Part shown: piece after piece, positions 61,441 through 64,000 of the stretch
Position numbering within the stretch: position 1 is the stretch's first letter
Layout of the letters: each line of letters starts with the position of its first letter
Position numbers and translations under genes: made by a program
Notes under the pieces: generated by a model
What the model saw: the letters and a program-made list of their open reading frames with translations, nothing else
What the model was told of the DNA's origin: nothing
Databases searched by the model: none
Origin: Octopus vulgaris
Lineage: Eukaryota
Assembly: GCA_951406725.2 (NCBI GenBank)
Contig: OX597833.1
Coordinates: 12,276,001 to 12,340,000, forward strand
Direction: 5' to 3'
Length of the DNA stretch: 64,000 nt

Positions 61441-62418
61441 ATGATGGCTGCCCCCTCGTTATCGAGTATGGTCATTGCACGAAGCTTAACTGTTATTGGT
61501 GCTGTGATCGAACGTGACTTTTTAGCACAGCTAAAGATCTACAATGTCTTGTACAAAATTGGCAACTAAAACCTTTACTGGTAATAGCCGGCTGTAGTTG
61601 TAACTGGGCTTCATGTACCTTTGCATGTCGTTTAAGTCCTCCTGCCGAATTACACTCTCTTCCACATGCCCGACAGATATGATTAGTATGGTGTGTAACA
61701 CCACCACCAGTGGCCAGATTGTCACTCATCTGTCTCGTTTTATGACTACGAAGATGACTCATGAGTCCAGCTTTACTGAGGCAGGGTCTTGCACAGACAT
61801 TGCATGTCAGAATCAAAGGAAGACCCTTCCCTTCTGGAAGTGTAACAGCGATGCCCTTCCTGATATCCCTCCTTACTTCCTCATGTGCAACTCGAGATTT
61901 CTCAAACGTGGCTGTCCCCTCATGCACAATCCTTCTCCACCTGCTACGATCAATAGCTATGTCTTCCTATGTGTCAGGAGAGATGCAAGCATCTTTTAAG
62001 GAAGCCTTCAGCAAGTCCTTATACCTCTTTTTTGGTTTATGTGGAGGTCGTTCTCCTTTAGCTAACTATCCACAAAAGAGTTGTTTTGGCATCCTTGAAT
62101 CCTTCATTCTGACCAGCTGACCACTTCAACTGAGCCTTTGCTTTAACACAAGAGCTTCTATACTTTCACACCGAGAGCCTTCGAGTATTTCAAGATCACT
62201 GATGCGGTCCTTCCACTTAATGCCATAGATCCGTCTGAGGCACATCTGATGGAAACGTTCCAGTTGTTTAAGGTGGTATCGATATGTGACCCACGTCTCG
62301 CAGGCATAGAGAAGAGAAGGGAGTACACATGCCTTGTACACCTTTATCTTTGTCTTTCTGCATATGTCCCGCCGACTCCAGAGGCGCTTTTCTAGCCTTC
62401 CGAAAGCAACACTTGCAA
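61441..62418 (-). mobile_element. RTE-clade LINE 3' portion with C2H2 fingers and (GTAT)n tail
   Basis: ASVAFGRLEKRLW..KTKIKVYKACVLPSLLYACETW..LERFHQMCLRRI; CNVCARPCLSKAGLMSHLRSH. The same 3' end recurs at 32197-32496 and 62626-62672. Confidence 0.88.
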
Positions 62419-63235
62419 CACATACATACATACATACATACATACATACATACATACATACATACATACACACATACACACACACATACATACATGCATA
62501 CATACATACATACATACATACATACATACATACATACATACATACATACATACATACATACATACATACATACATACATACATACATACATACATACATA
62601 CATACATACATACATACATACATACATGGTGGCTGCCCCCTCGTTATCGAGTATGGCCATTGCACGAAGCTTAATCAATGTTGTTATCATGCAATGCCTG
62701 TGCATGAAGATTTTTTTTAAAGTGGGGAAAGGCTGTGCACTGAGTCAATCCCAGTCACTAAGCAACGGCAGCCATAATCCGAAAAGAAGAACAAGTCAAC
62801 ATCATTGGTAACCACTGAGCCGCAGGTTTTATGTCGGAGTTATCCCAGTTACCTGAGTTACCTTCTCCTAGAAGGATGCCCTAACAAAGGCTAGGAGTCC
62901 TTCACTCCCAATGGTTTAACTGTGCGATCGGGTATTCAGTCCGATTATTTCTATGTCCCCGCGCATGATACAGCCTTAAGACATTTATTGGATGGCCGTT
63001 GACTCTCAAGAGTTCCTCCGCCCTTTCACGGGTTTTGTTTTTCATCCCGCAGGGTGTCCAATAAACACCCTCCTCACCAAGCAAGCTTGGTGGGGTTGCC
63101 GGTTTAGTCGCCGACGACCCGACCATGCAACAGGTTGTACTGGGTTACATATTACCAGTAGCACTCAAAAGTGATCTGACACTAACATACATACATACAT
63201 ACATACATACATACATACATACATACATACATACA

Positions 63236-63266
<31 letters not shown>

Positions 63267-63643
63267 GCATGTTTATATATCATTGTGTAAAAACCAGTAT
63301 AACTGGAAAACAACCGTGAGAATGCCGATGAACGACTAGTTTTGGATTAACTTTAATTTTTTTTTATTTGTTAAAACACAACAAAATGAAAAAGATATCG
63401 ATGAATTTTCAAGTGCTCACGTCATCAAACATTGAATGACATAGTTAAGAGAAAGTTTAAAGAAGAGCATTGCAGAATCAAGAAGACAAATGGACAAAGA
63501 GAAGAGTTAAGAGAGATGTTATTAAACAGTGATTTGCAACTTAAGGGAGACTGCATATTCTAAGGTTATGTCGTCATATTACGTATGAACAGTGTTGAAA
63601 GAAATTAGATATGAACGAAGATTTACAATAAAGAAGTCCTTAA

Positions 63644-63863
63644 CCCTTTAGTGTTTAAACCGGCCATATCTGGCCCAGATATTCTACATGTTTTATATTC
63701 AAACTGGCGATAGCTAGCCTCTCACACCTAACCTGCATTGACATTCTAAAAATAAACAATCACATCATTGAATTGTCAAAGCTATAAGATAATGCATGAT
63801 TAATTCAAAACAATTTGAGTGAAAAAGTATTACATTTAACAGAGTAATCTGAACACTAAAGGG
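63644..63863. mobile_element. piggyBac-type MITE
   Basis: TTAA|CCCTTTAGTGTT ... AACACTAAAGGG|TTAA. Confidence 0.8.
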
Positions 63864-64000
63864 TTAATAGTCCTTAATTTTAAAAGCTAAACGATAAAAA
63901 GGGTCAAAGGTTCAATTGAAAAAAGATTTCTGTCACTAGTAAAAATGCGTTTTGGTTGACAGGAAGAGCTGGGCTAGTCTGACGAAAGCACATTCTGTCA

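Overview
AT-rich, microsatellite- and SINE-dense animal DNA. The repeat content suggests an octopus or other coleoid cephalopod (inference). One host gene spans most of the window on the minus strand. I assembled 14 phase-consistent GT-AG coding exons by hand (57283 down to 9657; 1911 nt, 636 aa). They encode a secreted animal heme-peroxidase-fold protein with a C-terminal TSP1-like module and a heavily rewired heme pocket. Relative to myeloperoxidase, Q91, D94, R333, N421 and R424 are replaced, while H95, R239, E242 and H336 are kept. Introns and flanks hold a near-intact IR/DR Tc1 (DD34E), rosa/maT/mariner/piggyBac-type remnants, non-autonomous Helitrons, R4/Dong, RTE, CR1 and Tx1 LINE fragments, several tRNA-derived SINE families and Penelope-like fragments. 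Two hidden layers stand out. (1) About 13 type I hammerhead ribozyme motifs show every Watson-Crick combination at the core 3-8 pair plus a recurrent U6 variant, and seven lie in the sense strand of the peroxidase introns. (2) Head-to-tail SINE tetramers with 184-bp units are each bounded by a single 16-bp TSD, consistent with template-jumping retrotransposition. All coordinates were read by eye; repeat boundaries are approximate.
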